Source of the DNA: Octopus vulgaris
Taxonomy: Eukaryota
NCBI GenBank assembly: GCA_951406725.2
Contig: OX597820.1
Coordinates: forward strand, 29,636,001 to 29,700,000
Direction: 5' to 3'
Length of the DNA stretch: 64,000 nt
In this document: positions 1 through 13,499 of the stretch, piece by piece
Position numbering within the stretch: the first letter of the stretch is position 1
Layout of the letters: the number at the start of each line of letters is the position of its first letter
Made by a program: the position numbers and the translations under genes
Notes under the pieces: model-generated
What the model saw: only the letters and a program-made list of their open reading frames with translations
Told to the model about the DNA's origin: nothing
The model's database searches: none

Positions 1-1134
<1,134 letters not shown>

Positions 1135-1300
1135 TTACAAAGTTTTAGTGTTTAGTTTTTTCTTCCCTGTTGTTGACAGTGCCGGCTTTATAGTTGTTTG
1201 TTATCTTTAATTACTTTCACCTGACAAAAAGGTAAAGCTACTTGAAGGAATAACTTATATAGTAAGGACTGAGATGTGAATGGTGTCGAAGCTGGCGACT

Positions 1301-1338
1301 GACTGAGAAAGACTTGTGCAAGACGTGCTCCTTTTATC
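1301..1338 (-). promoter_or_regulatory. Putative actin core promoter (TATA-like GATAAAAG plus Inr TCAGTC)
   Basis: Minus strand GATAAAAG at 1338-1331 lies ~30 nt upstream of TCAGTC (1306-1301), giving a predicted TSS near 1304, ~90 bp downstream of the CArG box. Confidence 0.55.
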
Positions 1339-1391
1339 TGTCCAACAAATAGTTTCCAGGAAAAATAGCAAATGAACTATCATATATATGT

Positions 1392-1401
1392 CCTTATATG
1401 G
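1392..1401. promoter_or_regulatory. CArG box (SRF site)
   Basis: Perfect CC(A/T)6GG = CCTTATATGG about 300 bp upstream of the actin ATG. CArG boxes are the established actin promoter element. Confidence 0.75.
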
Positions 1402-1966
1402 AAGAAAACGAGAGCCAACAAGAGAAAGAAAGAAAGAATTGCAAGTGTGGCAAAGGTGGCGGCGATGGAGGTGATGAGTGTAGCGGTGGTGGCGGTAATG
1501 AGTGGAGCAATGAAGCCACTACCTACCTATACACCTCCTTCATCACCCTGTCCCACTCTGTGTTATTGTTTATTCCTCTCTTTCTTTCTTTCTTTCTTTC
1601 TTGCACGTCCTCATACACTCTTTCTCTCTCTCTCTCTCTTTCTTACCTTCTCTTCACACCCCTACCCTCCTTTCATGTCAATTGTAGGAGTGTGTGTGTA
1701 TGTGTGTATGTATGTGTAAGGTGGTTCTTTGTTGGTCGGTGTCATACTGTAGGTGCTTGTATAAGGTGAGGTGAGAGAGTGTGTGTATGTATATGTGTGT
1801 ACGTGTAATTACGATGATGGTGAGAGTGAGTGATGTCAGTTCGGTTGTATGTGTCAGTATGTGTATTTCTTTACATGTGTCTTGAGGTGTCATGGTGTGT
1901 ATTGCTATGTGTATGTTAGTTTGTGTTTAAGTGTGTGCTTGTGCATACATACATTCATGCATACAC

Positions 1967-2007
<41 letters not shown>

Positions 2008-2088
2008 CATATGTGTATGTATTTATAGTTGTGTTGTTTTTGTCTACCTAGGTATATAATTTAGTCAATAATGTTTTATTTCATCTAC

Positions 2089-2126
<38 letters not shown>

Positions 2127-3032
2127 ACTATAACACTAGTTTATCTGTCGTGTGTATATATATTATGTATGTCAGTGGTGTGTGTGTGACAAGAAAGATT
2201 TATTAAGTCAAGAATATAATCATCTCACGGTCTGTCAGTAGCATTCATCTCAACCATTTAGTCAGAATCCTGTGATTTAAAATAAAAATCAAGTCTATTC
2301 ATTTTATTTTCAGTTTGCAACACACACATACAAAAATTTCCCCAAACTTCACCCTACAAATGCTTTCAGAAGCGAGGGAAAAGCATGAACGTTCAGACGA
2401 GGCCTCTAACCCCAACCTGTCCGTTGTAATATGACATGACATGACATGACAACCTGCCTTTAAAACAGTTCAAAAAGTAAATCATTATAAATACTATTTA
2501 TGTAGAATTAGCCCTAAACATGCCGGCAAGCCGGTTTCGATTTCACGCTGTCAGTCATTTCACTTTCACAAATCGTTAGTCGCTAACGAGAGCTTCTACG
2601 TTGTGAATTTTATCTATTAGAAATAACAGCCAAATCTTTAGAGTGTACCCTGATGTCTTGAAAGAAACGTTGCATAGTGTTGTTAGGGTTACATTATGAA
2701 TAAAAAAAAACTCAATGCATTTAGCATGAGGTGTATTTGATCATTGGTTTGCTTCATTAAGGACTGACCTTCGACTGAACAACATTTACGTTGTTAATAT
2801 CAATGAATGGCTTACTCCTATTTTTTTCTCTCCAAGAAATGCATAAACATCGATACATCTCGTTTCTGCCTTCTACTTCTGAATAAGTTCTGGGTCTCCA
2901 ACGACAATATGTTATAGGTACATAATGCCTGAAGGTTAAATTCTGATAAATAATTTTCTTATAAAGGATATTTTTTACAATTATATGTATTTTACATGCA
3001 TATATAAGGTGTGTGTATTGCTCATTCACCAC

Positions 3033-3063
<31 letters not shown>

Positions 3064-3578
3064 GTAAATCTTTTATAAATTTTCAATGTATCTTTAAATA
3101 TTCACTGCTTCGTGCTTAAAAGGAAGGAAGGTAGAAAGAAAACAAGTATTATTTTTTAAAATTTAATTATAAGCTGCAGAACTAGAAAGTTCATTTATGG
3201 CAAGGCTAGTTCACAAGCCGGTTAATAAGAAAAGAAAAAAGAAGTATTTAAAAAAAAATTTCAAGTCCCAAATGTTGTAAATACTCTTGGGAAATACATG
3301 AACATCACAAAATCACATTTTTATTTCACAGTTATCGTAGCAAGACTTAATACCTGGGGAACGTAGTTCATTCAGAATGCATAACATGCCCAAATCACTA
3401 TATCGTTTCAGGTGTGTAAACCAAGTTGACAAGTGTGTGTGCGCGCACACACAGACACAAATATATCCCTATGCATATAAATATTTCCATGAGAATACAC
3501 ATATATGCTCGTATACATACATCTACATGTATATGCATGTTATATACATCATTATACAGATATACATATACATATATA

Positions 3579-3623
<45 letters not shown>

Positions 3624-3699
3624 CCTTAAATCCTTAAAAAAATTTCAGCCCGAAAGCTGCGGCCATGCTGGGGCACCACCGTTGAATGAGCTACACTAG

Positions 3700-3765
<66 letters not shown>

Positions 3766-4262
3766 GTTCTACATGTATGTATACATCATGCAGTACCTGG
3801 ACACATTGACAATGTCGTATCCTAGAGTCACTGGGTGTCGAGGTGGGGTGCCCTACATTATACGCCCTCATCCAGACAATCCGATCCGACCAAGCTTGCT
3901 GAAGCCTACGCATGTATACAAATGTCACAGCATAGACCCTATTTTGGTTAGAGCTATCTGGAGGCATTCTCAGCAATTTCTACTTTGTACTTGATGGCTC
4001 TTATTACTTACATTGCTCATAGTTGTACGTAACTTATTAAGGGAAGGACCTACCAATCCTCAACTGCCCACCTTCACTGGCAAACGCTTGGTCTACCACA
4101 CATTTTTGCGACAGTCTTCTTTTTACCTGTTACTTTGCTCCCTTCCTCACTGATGACTCGTTCATACTCGCCTCCCAGGTAAAAATGAACAACAATAAGA
4201 TGAGCTGTTTCGTTGCAATGTATATATATTATATGTGTATGTATACTCACACACACACACAC

Positions 4263-4520
<258 letters not shown>

Positions 4521-4782
4521 ACACCAGAGTAAGCATATAAATGTGAAACAAGGGGGAAAACAATAGACGTACGTATGTATATATACATATAAAAGTATAT
4601 ACATATATGTGTGTATATATATATATATATATAGATAGATATATACATATACACTCACACATCTATGCATATATGTATGTATACATATTAACTCATGAGT
4701 ATATATATGTATGTATCTATGTATTAATTTGTTGTGTATAAATATGTCATTTACCTCTCTGTCTATCTATCTATTTATCTAC

Positions 4783-4848
<66 letters not shown>

Positions 4849-5279
4849 ATCTGTCTATCTCCGTGTGCATAAGTGTGTGTGTGCATGTGTATATGTATGA
4901 GTGCTTGTGTCTACATACCAGCTGGCCCATACTTCAAGTAGCTTATAATATTAATAGTATTTAAATGCTTTCTTTGTAGATAGAATACCAGGATAAAGAG
5001 TGTGTGTGTGTGTAAGTGTGTGTGTGTGTGTCGTTTTGCCTGTAAGTTTGCCTTAGTCATTGACTGGCTCCCACTTGAGATTCAGGTGTTTGCACCAAAT
5101 AAGTATATAATGCATGGAGGGAGTGGGACACATTGACAGGAGGAGAGATTATACACACACACACACACCTATGTATGCATGTATATATATATTTACAGGT
5201 GTAATATGCATATATATGTATATATATAAGCGTGTTTAAATGTATCAGATACATACATCATACATATATATTATATATA

Positions 5280-5313
<34 letters not shown>

Positions 5314-5534
5314 CCTATACACATGCTCACATATATATAGGTGTGTGTGTATATATATATATATACTTATACACACATTCATATATATATATATATGAGT
5401 GCTTGTATAGGTATATATACATTCACACATATACATATATAACCATGTTATACATATATATACCATGTATATGTTGTGTGTGTGTGTTTATATATATATA
5501 CATACATACACTCATGTATATATATGTATATATA

Positions 5535-5850
5535 AGGCGCATGGCTCAGTAGTTAGAGTGTCGAGCTTATGATTGTGAGGTTGTGAGGTCGAATCCCAGA
5601 CCAGGCTGCGTGTTGTGCTCTTGAGCAAGGCACTTAATTTCACTCAGCTGTAGAAATAAGTTGCGACGTCACTGGTGCCAAGCTGTATTGGCCTTTGCCT
5701 TTCCTTTGGATAGCACTGGTGGTGTGGAGAAGGGAGGCTGGTATGCATGGGCGACTGTTGATCTTCCATAAACAACCTGACCTGGACTTGTGCCCGGGAG
5801 GGTAACTTTCTAGGTGCAATCCCATGGTCAGTCATGACCAAAGGGGGTTT
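5535..5850 (+). mobile_element. tRNA-derived CORE-type SINE
   Basis: A-box-like TGGCTCAGTAGTTAG, B-box-like GGTCGAATCCC, CORE-like TTGAGCAAGGCACTT, followed by a distinct 3' body. Confidence 0.75.
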
Positions 5851-5903
5851 CAGATACACACATGTATATATTACATATACATATATATATATACATACAT
5901 ACA

Positions 5904-5934
<31 letters not shown>

Positions 5935-6043
5935 GTATACATGTACATATATGTGTGTGTGTGTATATATATATATACATATACATATATCTATGTTTTT
6001 CTATATACGTGTATATATGTTTGTGTGTATATATACATGCATA

Positions 6044-6138
<95 letters not shown>

Positions 6139-6139
6139 G

Positions 6140-6270
6140 AAAAATACAAACTGGGACAAGAACATAAAACATTTAGAAGACGATACAAAAAACACGGACG
6201 GCACATTCGAAGCCTTCAATCTTCAGTCAAGAACCGGATCATCCTAACAATTTCGGCTGATTAATCTTGT
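6140..6270 (-). mobile_element. Penelope-like terminal-repeat remnant between (TA)n tracts
   Basis: Embedded in (TA)n. Minus strand carries CAGCCGAAA...GACTGAAGA...GGCTTCGAATG, similar to 20440-20610 and 53395-53520. Confidence 0.4.
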
Positions 6271-6271
6271 A

Positions 6272-6386
<115 letters not shown>

Positions 6387-7349
6387 TATATTAAATCAAT
6401 AATAATATACATATGTATATAATTATATAAAGGGACCAAGGGCTAAAACAACCTAACTCCAACATGCTTGAAGTGCTGAGACATTAAACAACCATATATA
6501 TATATATATATATATATATATGGGGAGAGATATAGATAGATAGCTGGATAGATTTGCACATGGCTGTATATGTTTATATATTTATATATGTATGTTCGTA
6601 TGTATCTATATATACAACATATGCTCATACATATTGGTAAATTATCTATACAAGGATATATAAAATGGCTTGGAACTGTTAAAACATGAACAGATTAAAA
6701 TATGGACAGATTAATTTTTGGAGTAATTGCTTTGGGTCTCTGCTCTATTACTTGAACTCCAGCAGAGTTCAACATGCCTCTCCACATTTTGGCGGTCAAT
6801 AATATAGGGATCACTCTGACACTGGGGTTGATTCTCTTTCTCACGCTCCTTTTAATTTTTGTTTGTCCATCTGTCTTCCTGACAGAAAAGAGGTGTACTC
6901 GGACTAGGAATGGATTGGTGTAAACCAGCTCCAAAGATATCTAATCTTTGGACCTGGTTTATATCTAAAGTTGTATGTAGAATGATACTGTCATGGAAAT
7001 AGATATACACATCATCATCATCATCATCATCATAATCATCATCATTAAACGTCCGTTTTCCATGCTGGCATGGGTTGGACAGTTTGACAGGAACTGACCA
7101 GCTGAAGTAGCTGTTTGGTCTCTACATCTATAGAAATTTGTATATGGATATATTATGGATACATATATACACACATACATACTTGCATACATATACACCA
7201 ACATGCACACACACACAGTGAGTATCCTTATATACATATTACTATATACACCATTATTATTATAAATATATATTATATTATATCTGTGTGTGTGTATATA
7301 TATATATTATATACCAGTGTCACACAAATTAGCATCTGCTCTAAAGGCA

Positions 7350-7580
7350 CATAAACACACCCCAGTGTCATGCAAATGGCACCCATGCTGGTGGTATGTG
7401 AAATCACCCATCACTCTCTCGGAGTGGTTGGCATTAGGAAGGGCCTCCAGCCATAGAAAGCCATGCCAAATCAGACTGGAATCTGGTGCAGCCTTCCAGC
7501 ATGCCAGCCCAGTCAGACCATCTAACTCATGCCAGCATGGACAATGGACGTTAAATGATGATGATGATGATGATGAGGAT
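7350..7580 (+). mobile_element. RTE-type 3' UTR/SINE ending in (GAT)n
   Basis: GGTTGGCATTAGGAAGGGC..CAGCC and CATGCCAGCATGGA...GGACGTTAAATGATGATG. The same tail follows the RTE ORF end at 15220-15701; a partial reverse copy is at 7010-7100. Confidence 0.7.
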
Positions 7581-7599
7581 GATACATACATACATATGC

Positions 7600-7925
7600 A
7601 TCAGCCCGCAGGCTCTCACCTGGTAGCTATCCGTCATATGTGCAGGTACAGACATGTCCTTGGCCTTGCACCAGATCATCCTATCAGGGCCTTACTCTTG
7701 TTCAGTGCAGCAACTGTGAGCAGGAAGAAGCTCTGTGGCACACCCCACACCAGACTGCTGGATGTGATTAAGACAGATCTCCTGAGGTTTCATGTCATCT
7801 GGAGGATATAAAGGAGCTGCCACAGGACTACCAGTGATGAGGAGCAATGGTGGATCTGATCAGCTCTACACATGATGACACCTCTGGGACCACTACCCTG
7901 CGATGACCCCACCCTCATTAAACAA
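7600..7925 (+). mobile_element. RTE LINE C-terminal fragment
   Basis: Translates QPAGSHLVAIRHMCRYRHVLGLAPDHPIRALLLF...KKLCGTPHTRLLDVIKTDL, matching the RTE RRLRWxGHVLR...RPRGRPRTRWxDVIxxDL end. Confidence 0.75.
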
Positions 7926-8232
7926 GTGCATGAAGCAAAGTGTGTATATATAATTGTGTGTGTGTGAATATAAACCAACATTGAAGAAATTCAAACATGG
8001 CAAATTTAACTATTTTTCTATAGACTGACAAAAAGGCTATACATTCATATATGTATACATATATGCATATATATGTATATATGCATATATATGTGTGTGT
8101 GTATGTATGTATATATATATATGTGTATATATATATATGTGTATATATATATATGTATATGTATATATATGTGTATGTATATATTTATATATATATGTAC
8201 AAATATACATACATGCATACACACGTACAAAC

Positions 8233-8298
<66 letters not shown>

Positions 8299-8641
8299 AT
8301 ACATGGATAGATCGATAAATATGATTACATATATACACACAATGCACACACACATGCACACACACACACGCACATACATACACACACACATACGCACACA
8401 AAATCATCACATGCATCATTTAATGTCCATCCTCTCTACTGACCAGTTTGACCGGAAACTGTAGGCTGCCGGACTGCATCAAGCTCCATGACCTGCTTTG
8501 GCATGGTTTCAACTGCTTGATGCCCATCTTACGCCAATCACATTACAGACTGTACTGGGTGACCTTTTTTGTAATGCCTAATAACTCATATGACATACAT
8601 ACACACATACATAAATGTATATGTACATATATACATATGTA

Positions 8642-8695
<54 letters not shown>

Positions 8696-8870
8696 CACAC
8701 ACACATAGATCGGTTTATGTATTAGCGATAGATATATGTATGTATGTAAATATATGATTATATATATATGTGTGTGTGTGTATACAATATATGTATATGT
8801 AGGCACATGTACACATACACACACACATACACATATATTTATTGATATCTACATATACAAACATGCATGC

Positions 8871-8925
<55 letters not shown>

Positions 8926-9104
8926 TATATACATATGTACACATATGTTCACACATACACACACATACATATTTAACAAAAAAAACCCACAAAAGCAAAT
9001 GACCATCCCAAAATACAACTATATATATATATGTATGTGTGTGTGTGTGTGTATATATGTATATATATATAAATAAATATATATATATATATATATATAT
9101 ACAT

Positions 9105-9152
<48 letters not shown>

Positions 9153-9267
9153 TGATAGATAGACAGACAGACAGACAGACAGATAGATACATAGATAGTT
9201 AGATAGATATGCATACATACATACAGATACATACATACATACATACATACATACATACATACATACA

Positions 9268-9298
<31 letters not shown>

Positions 9299-9584
9299 CA
9301 TAGCTCTCAGTTGGAAGTGAATGTGACGTGGTAGCTGTGAGCTATGCTTCTGCTACTTGTTGGCTATGCAGTTGTGAGCAGGCATAAATGGTCTCTCGAT
9401 TTTCTTGCCCTTGCCCCAGTGAAACATTAAGGATACGGGATCTGGAAGATGATAGGACTGTACCAACTAGTGATGTGACTGGAACAACCTGAAATATTTG
9501 AATGAATTAACTTGCTGAAGGACACAACTCTTCACCTGGTGTAGAAATTGAACCTCTGTGTGTGTGTGTGTGTGTGTATACATG

Positions 9585-10835
9585 AGAAGTATTTAGCCAA
9601 GAATTATGTCCCATTACTGGCATGGTACTGAAGGTTTTTGATAGAGTTTACTACTTTGGTGGTCACTGAGGAAGCTTGCAATTGATGAATGGCTTGTGAG
9701 AATTGTACAAATTATCTACAAAGATGCTGTCAGAAAGGTGAAACTTATTAAGTATAGTGATGAATTCTTTGTGGAAGTGTGAGCGCACTAAGGCTTAGTT
9801 CCCTGCCACCTTCTGTTTGTTATAGTCTTCCAAAGGCAGCGAGCTGGCAGAAACGTTAGCACGCCGGGCGAAATGCGTAGCCGTATTTCGTCTGCCGTTA
9901 CGTTCTGAGTTCAAATTCCACCAAGATCGACTTTGCCTTTCATCCTTTCGGGGTCAATAAATTAAGTACCAGTTATGCACTGGGGTTGATGTAATCGAAT
10001 TAATCCATTTGTCTGTCGTTGTTTGTCCCCTCTGTGTTTAGCGCCCTTGTGGGTAGTAAAAAAATATATAGTCTTCCAAGGAATAACAGAGGGAATTTAA
10101 GACTGGCTATGTATGATAAGTCCTTTATGTTGGTGATCTAGTTTATACACCCCAATTTGTAGTAGAATTAGAAAAGAAATTACAGACATAGCAACAAAAC
10201 CTAGAATGAAGGAACCTCAAAGTGAATTTAGGAGAAACTAAGGTGACAGAAAATACAGAATAAGAAAGGAAACAGCCATGCTTGACGTGTAGAAAAGTAG
10301 TAGGTAGAAATTCCATAATGTGTACTCAATGTAAACTGTGGACACACAAGAGGTGTGGTGGAATTTCAGGTTGGTTAACAGAGAAACTAGACTTCACATA
10401 TGACAGGTACTCAGGGGCTGTGAGTAATAGGAGCACATGCAAAATGGACTCCTTCCAATACCCAGGTGGTAGTTCTCTAAAGGTAGTTGATAGCTTTTGT
10501 TGCCTGGAAGGCCTAAGCAGCAATGATGGTGAGTGTCCTGAAAGTATAATAACCAAAAAAAAAGAACTGGTTGGAAAAAGTTGTGCAAGACAGAAGACTT
10601 GAAACGGGCATGTGATGTATAAAGCAGCAGAGAGTTGTATGAAGTAGTGCAGTGTGGTACTCAAAGCGAATGGCATCTCGAGAAACCAAGCAATACTTGG
10701 AATGAAATTACGAAGACAAATTTGAAGATATTGCTTCTCGCAGAGGAGATGACAAAGGATTGCATTGACTGGCAACATGTTGTGTGGGGGAAGACCTACC
10801 TGCTGATCCTGGTATAGCATAATGGATGTTAAAAT
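9585..10835 (+). mobile_element. Degenerate RTE LINE (RT, Cys-rich insert and 3' end), interrupted by a SINE
   Basis: Frames give KVFDRV..WWSLRKLAIDEWLVRIVQIIYKDAVRKVK (RT), a degenerate YADD (YVGDL) and CRKVVGRNSIMCTQCKLWTHKRC. Multiple stops and frameshifts. Confidence 0.8.
9834..10066 (+). mobile_element. tRNA-derived SINE with Nin/Deu-like domain (family B), 13-bp TSD
   Basis: GGCAGCGAGCTGGCAGAAACGTTAGC head, GAGTTCAAATTCC B box, TTCATCCTTTCGGGGTCAATAAATTAAGTACCAG domain. TSD TATAGTCTTCCAA at 9821-9833 and 10067-10079. Confidence 0.9.
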
Positions 10836-10908
10836 TGTGAACATGAATATATGTATTTGTATATGTATATATGTAGACAAATAAAACAATGTGTATGAGT
10901 GTGGATAT

Positions 10909-11125
10909 CTCTTTTACTCTTTCACTTGTTTCAGTCATTTGACAGTGGCCTTGCTGGAACACCGCATTTAGTCGAGCAAATCAACCCCAGGACTTATTCT
11001 TTGTAAGCCTAGTACTTATTCTATTGGTCTCTTTTAATGAACTGCTAAGTTACAGGGATGTAAACACACCAGCATTGGTTGTCAAGTGATGGAGGGGGGA
11101 CAAACACAGATGCACAAACATATAC

Positions 11126-11212
<87 letters not shown>

Positions 11213-11392
11213 CATATATATATACACACATATATACGACTGGTTTCTTTCTGTTTCTGTCTACCAAATCCACTCACAAGGCTTTGGTCGCCCCGAGGTT
11301 ATAGTAGAAGACACTTGCCCAAGGTGCCGCGCAGTGGGACTGAACCCGGAACCATGTGGTTCGTAAGCAAGCTACTTACCACACAGCCACAG
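10909..11392 (-). mobile_element. Bipartite tRNA/CORE SINE with internal (TA)n/(CA)n (family A)
   Basis: Head GTGGCTGTGTGGTAAGTAGCTTGC..GGTTCAGTCCC..CTTGGGCAAGTG, an internal microsatellite, and tail ...GACTGAAACAAGT.AAAGAG. More than 12 full or partial copies in the window. Confidence 0.9.
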
Positions 11393-11407
11393 TCGTATAT
11401 ATGTGTG

Positions 11408-11455
<48 letters not shown>

Positions 11456-12604
11456 GGTATATGTATGTACATATATATGCTTGTATATGTGTATGTATGT
11501 GATATGTATACGCATATGCATGCAATTGCTTATGTGTGTGTGTATGAATGTATGTGTATAATTATAGTCAAGTCTATATCATTGGCCTCTTTGCTAGCTT
11601 CTCATCCCTGTAACAGCTCTATCTCTTATTCCTCTATCACATGTTCTTCTTATCACACATCCCTCATATCATTCATCTCCCTATCACCCCTGCTACTCTC
11701 ACCTTGCCTCTATACTATGCATCTCTCAATCACTCCTCTGAGTTTCATTGAACTTAGCTGATGTAACAAAGGTTGGCAATGAATGTCTGTCTTCTGGTCA
11801 TCATACATTGCTTTCAGTGTACTCAGGGATGGCACTCGCCTTCTTTGACCCTATCTCTCTCTCATCCCCCCTTTCTCGCTCTCATCACTCTTCTCTCTCA
11901 TCTCTCCTCTCTCTAGCCCTCACTCTCAATCCCTACACTTCTCTCTCTCCTACACCATCCCTTTCTCATTTTTACAATCTTGGCTCTATTGCCCATCTTG
12001 AGGTTTATTCATAAGGGACCTCATTATAAATGCATGAACCTCCTCACCCTGCACTCAACAAATACTCCCTTATCTAGCTGTTTGATATTGATATGTATCA
12101 CTCGTTCTCATCACTTGTCCATCTCTTGCTATCTGTCATGCTCTGATCTCCTCTCTTTCATAGTCCTGGTGTCACAATGAAATGCAACCAGTGCACTCTC
12201 TTCAGTGCAGAGCAAAGAGGCACTTTTAGTCTTGTTGAAGACATGACACTCTCCCATGTGTCAGTGCTACAAAAAATGGATCTGGCTGAAGACATGACAC
12301 TCTCCCGTGTGCTGGTGCTACAAAAAATGGACCCAGTGCACTCTGTAAAGTAGTTAGAGTTAGCAAGGAGATTTAGCTGTAGAAACCAAACCAAAAAATG
12401 AAATTTGCAAGCAAGGTATCCTCCAAACTAGGAGAGCAGCACCAGTGACTTGTCCAAACCATACCAACATAGAAAGCAGACATAAAACAATACTTTCATG
12501 TGTGTGTGTGTGTGTGTGTATACACAAAGACACATATCAACATATATATGATACAATTGTGTAAAGTAAAGGTAATGGTAAAGTTATTTTCTTGATTTGA
12601 TACC

Positions 12605-12820
12605 AACTCATAAGGGCCAGTTTCATGGTGTATATACTCTCCACCTGGACGGGACGCCAGCCCGCTGCACGATTACTCGTTTTTGCCAGCTGAGTGGACT
12701 GGAGCAACGTAAAAGGAAATGCTTTGCTTAAGAACACAACGCATCGCTCGGTCCAGGAATCGAGACCATAATCTTACGATCATGAGTCCAACACCCTAAC
12801 CACTAAGCTATGCGCCTCCT
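12605..12820 (-). mobile_element. tRNA-derived SINE with V-domain-like motif
   Basis: Minus strand GGAGGCGCATAGCTTAGTGGTTAGGG head and GGCTGGCGTCCCGTCCAGG motif. Related pieces at 29990-30090 and 60655-61000. Confidence 0.65.
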
Positions 12821-13034
12821 TTGTACAGTTGTGAAACACTGAAAGAGGAGAGAATGCATTTTGAAAGTATTATGCAGATGATGGGGTGTGTTAAAGGGCA
12901 CTGCGCGCCCATACATCAATGGATGTGGTGTGAGAGCCTGTATGCTCCCCAGGAAAATGTTTCGATATCAGAATGAATTTAGGGTTAGGGAGAATGAAAG
13001 GTTTATGGGGACAGAGCATAAACTTCTTTAATCC

Positions 13035-13450
13035 CTAGCTGACGACAGGAGGAGTAGGCTGTCCTCTCATGTAATACATTATTGTGGGTGCCGCTGGGTG
13101 ACGGACTTTGGTGATTATGTTATTCCACAGTTTCCAATCAACGGCGCTGGCCTTAGCATGCTTGAGGTCAAGGTGCTGCGACTTCAAGTCTTCCTCAAAT
13201 TTGCTTCGCCCGTGTCTTTCCTGGCGTGTGGTCTCCCCTCTCTTGTTCAGTGTTGTCCCTGATGTCGTCCTGCGGCAGGCTTTCGGGGGACGGCGATGGG
13301 CGTGCAGTTCGATGCCGGCGGATCTGTAACCGACCTCGTGTTCGCCGACGGCGGTGAAAATGGTGCTGCCGGTGACGCTGAGGCTACAGATGCCTTGTGC
13401 AGCATTGCCCGCTTCGCTCGGCCTTGTGATCTCAGGATCGGCACGGACGA
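13035..13450 (-). mobile_element. GC-rich RTE-like LINE 3' fragment
   Basis: ORF tail FEEDLKSQHLDLKHAKASAVDWKLWNNII resembles the RTE C-terminus (xxEDLK...A.DR..W..I). Confidence 0.55.
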
Positions 13451-13499
13451 AACGAAGCATAAACTTTAGGGATAATATCAATATCTGACTGGTCTTCGA

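Noticed and set aside
3790-4180. GC-richer unique segment as a possible exon
   Set aside because: No recognisable protein motif or convincing splice sites; possibly an old retroelement 5' region.
13035-13481. GC-rich 148-aa ORF as a host or horizontally acquired gene
   Set aside because: Its C-terminus resembles an RTE ORF end and there is no splice or promoter support.
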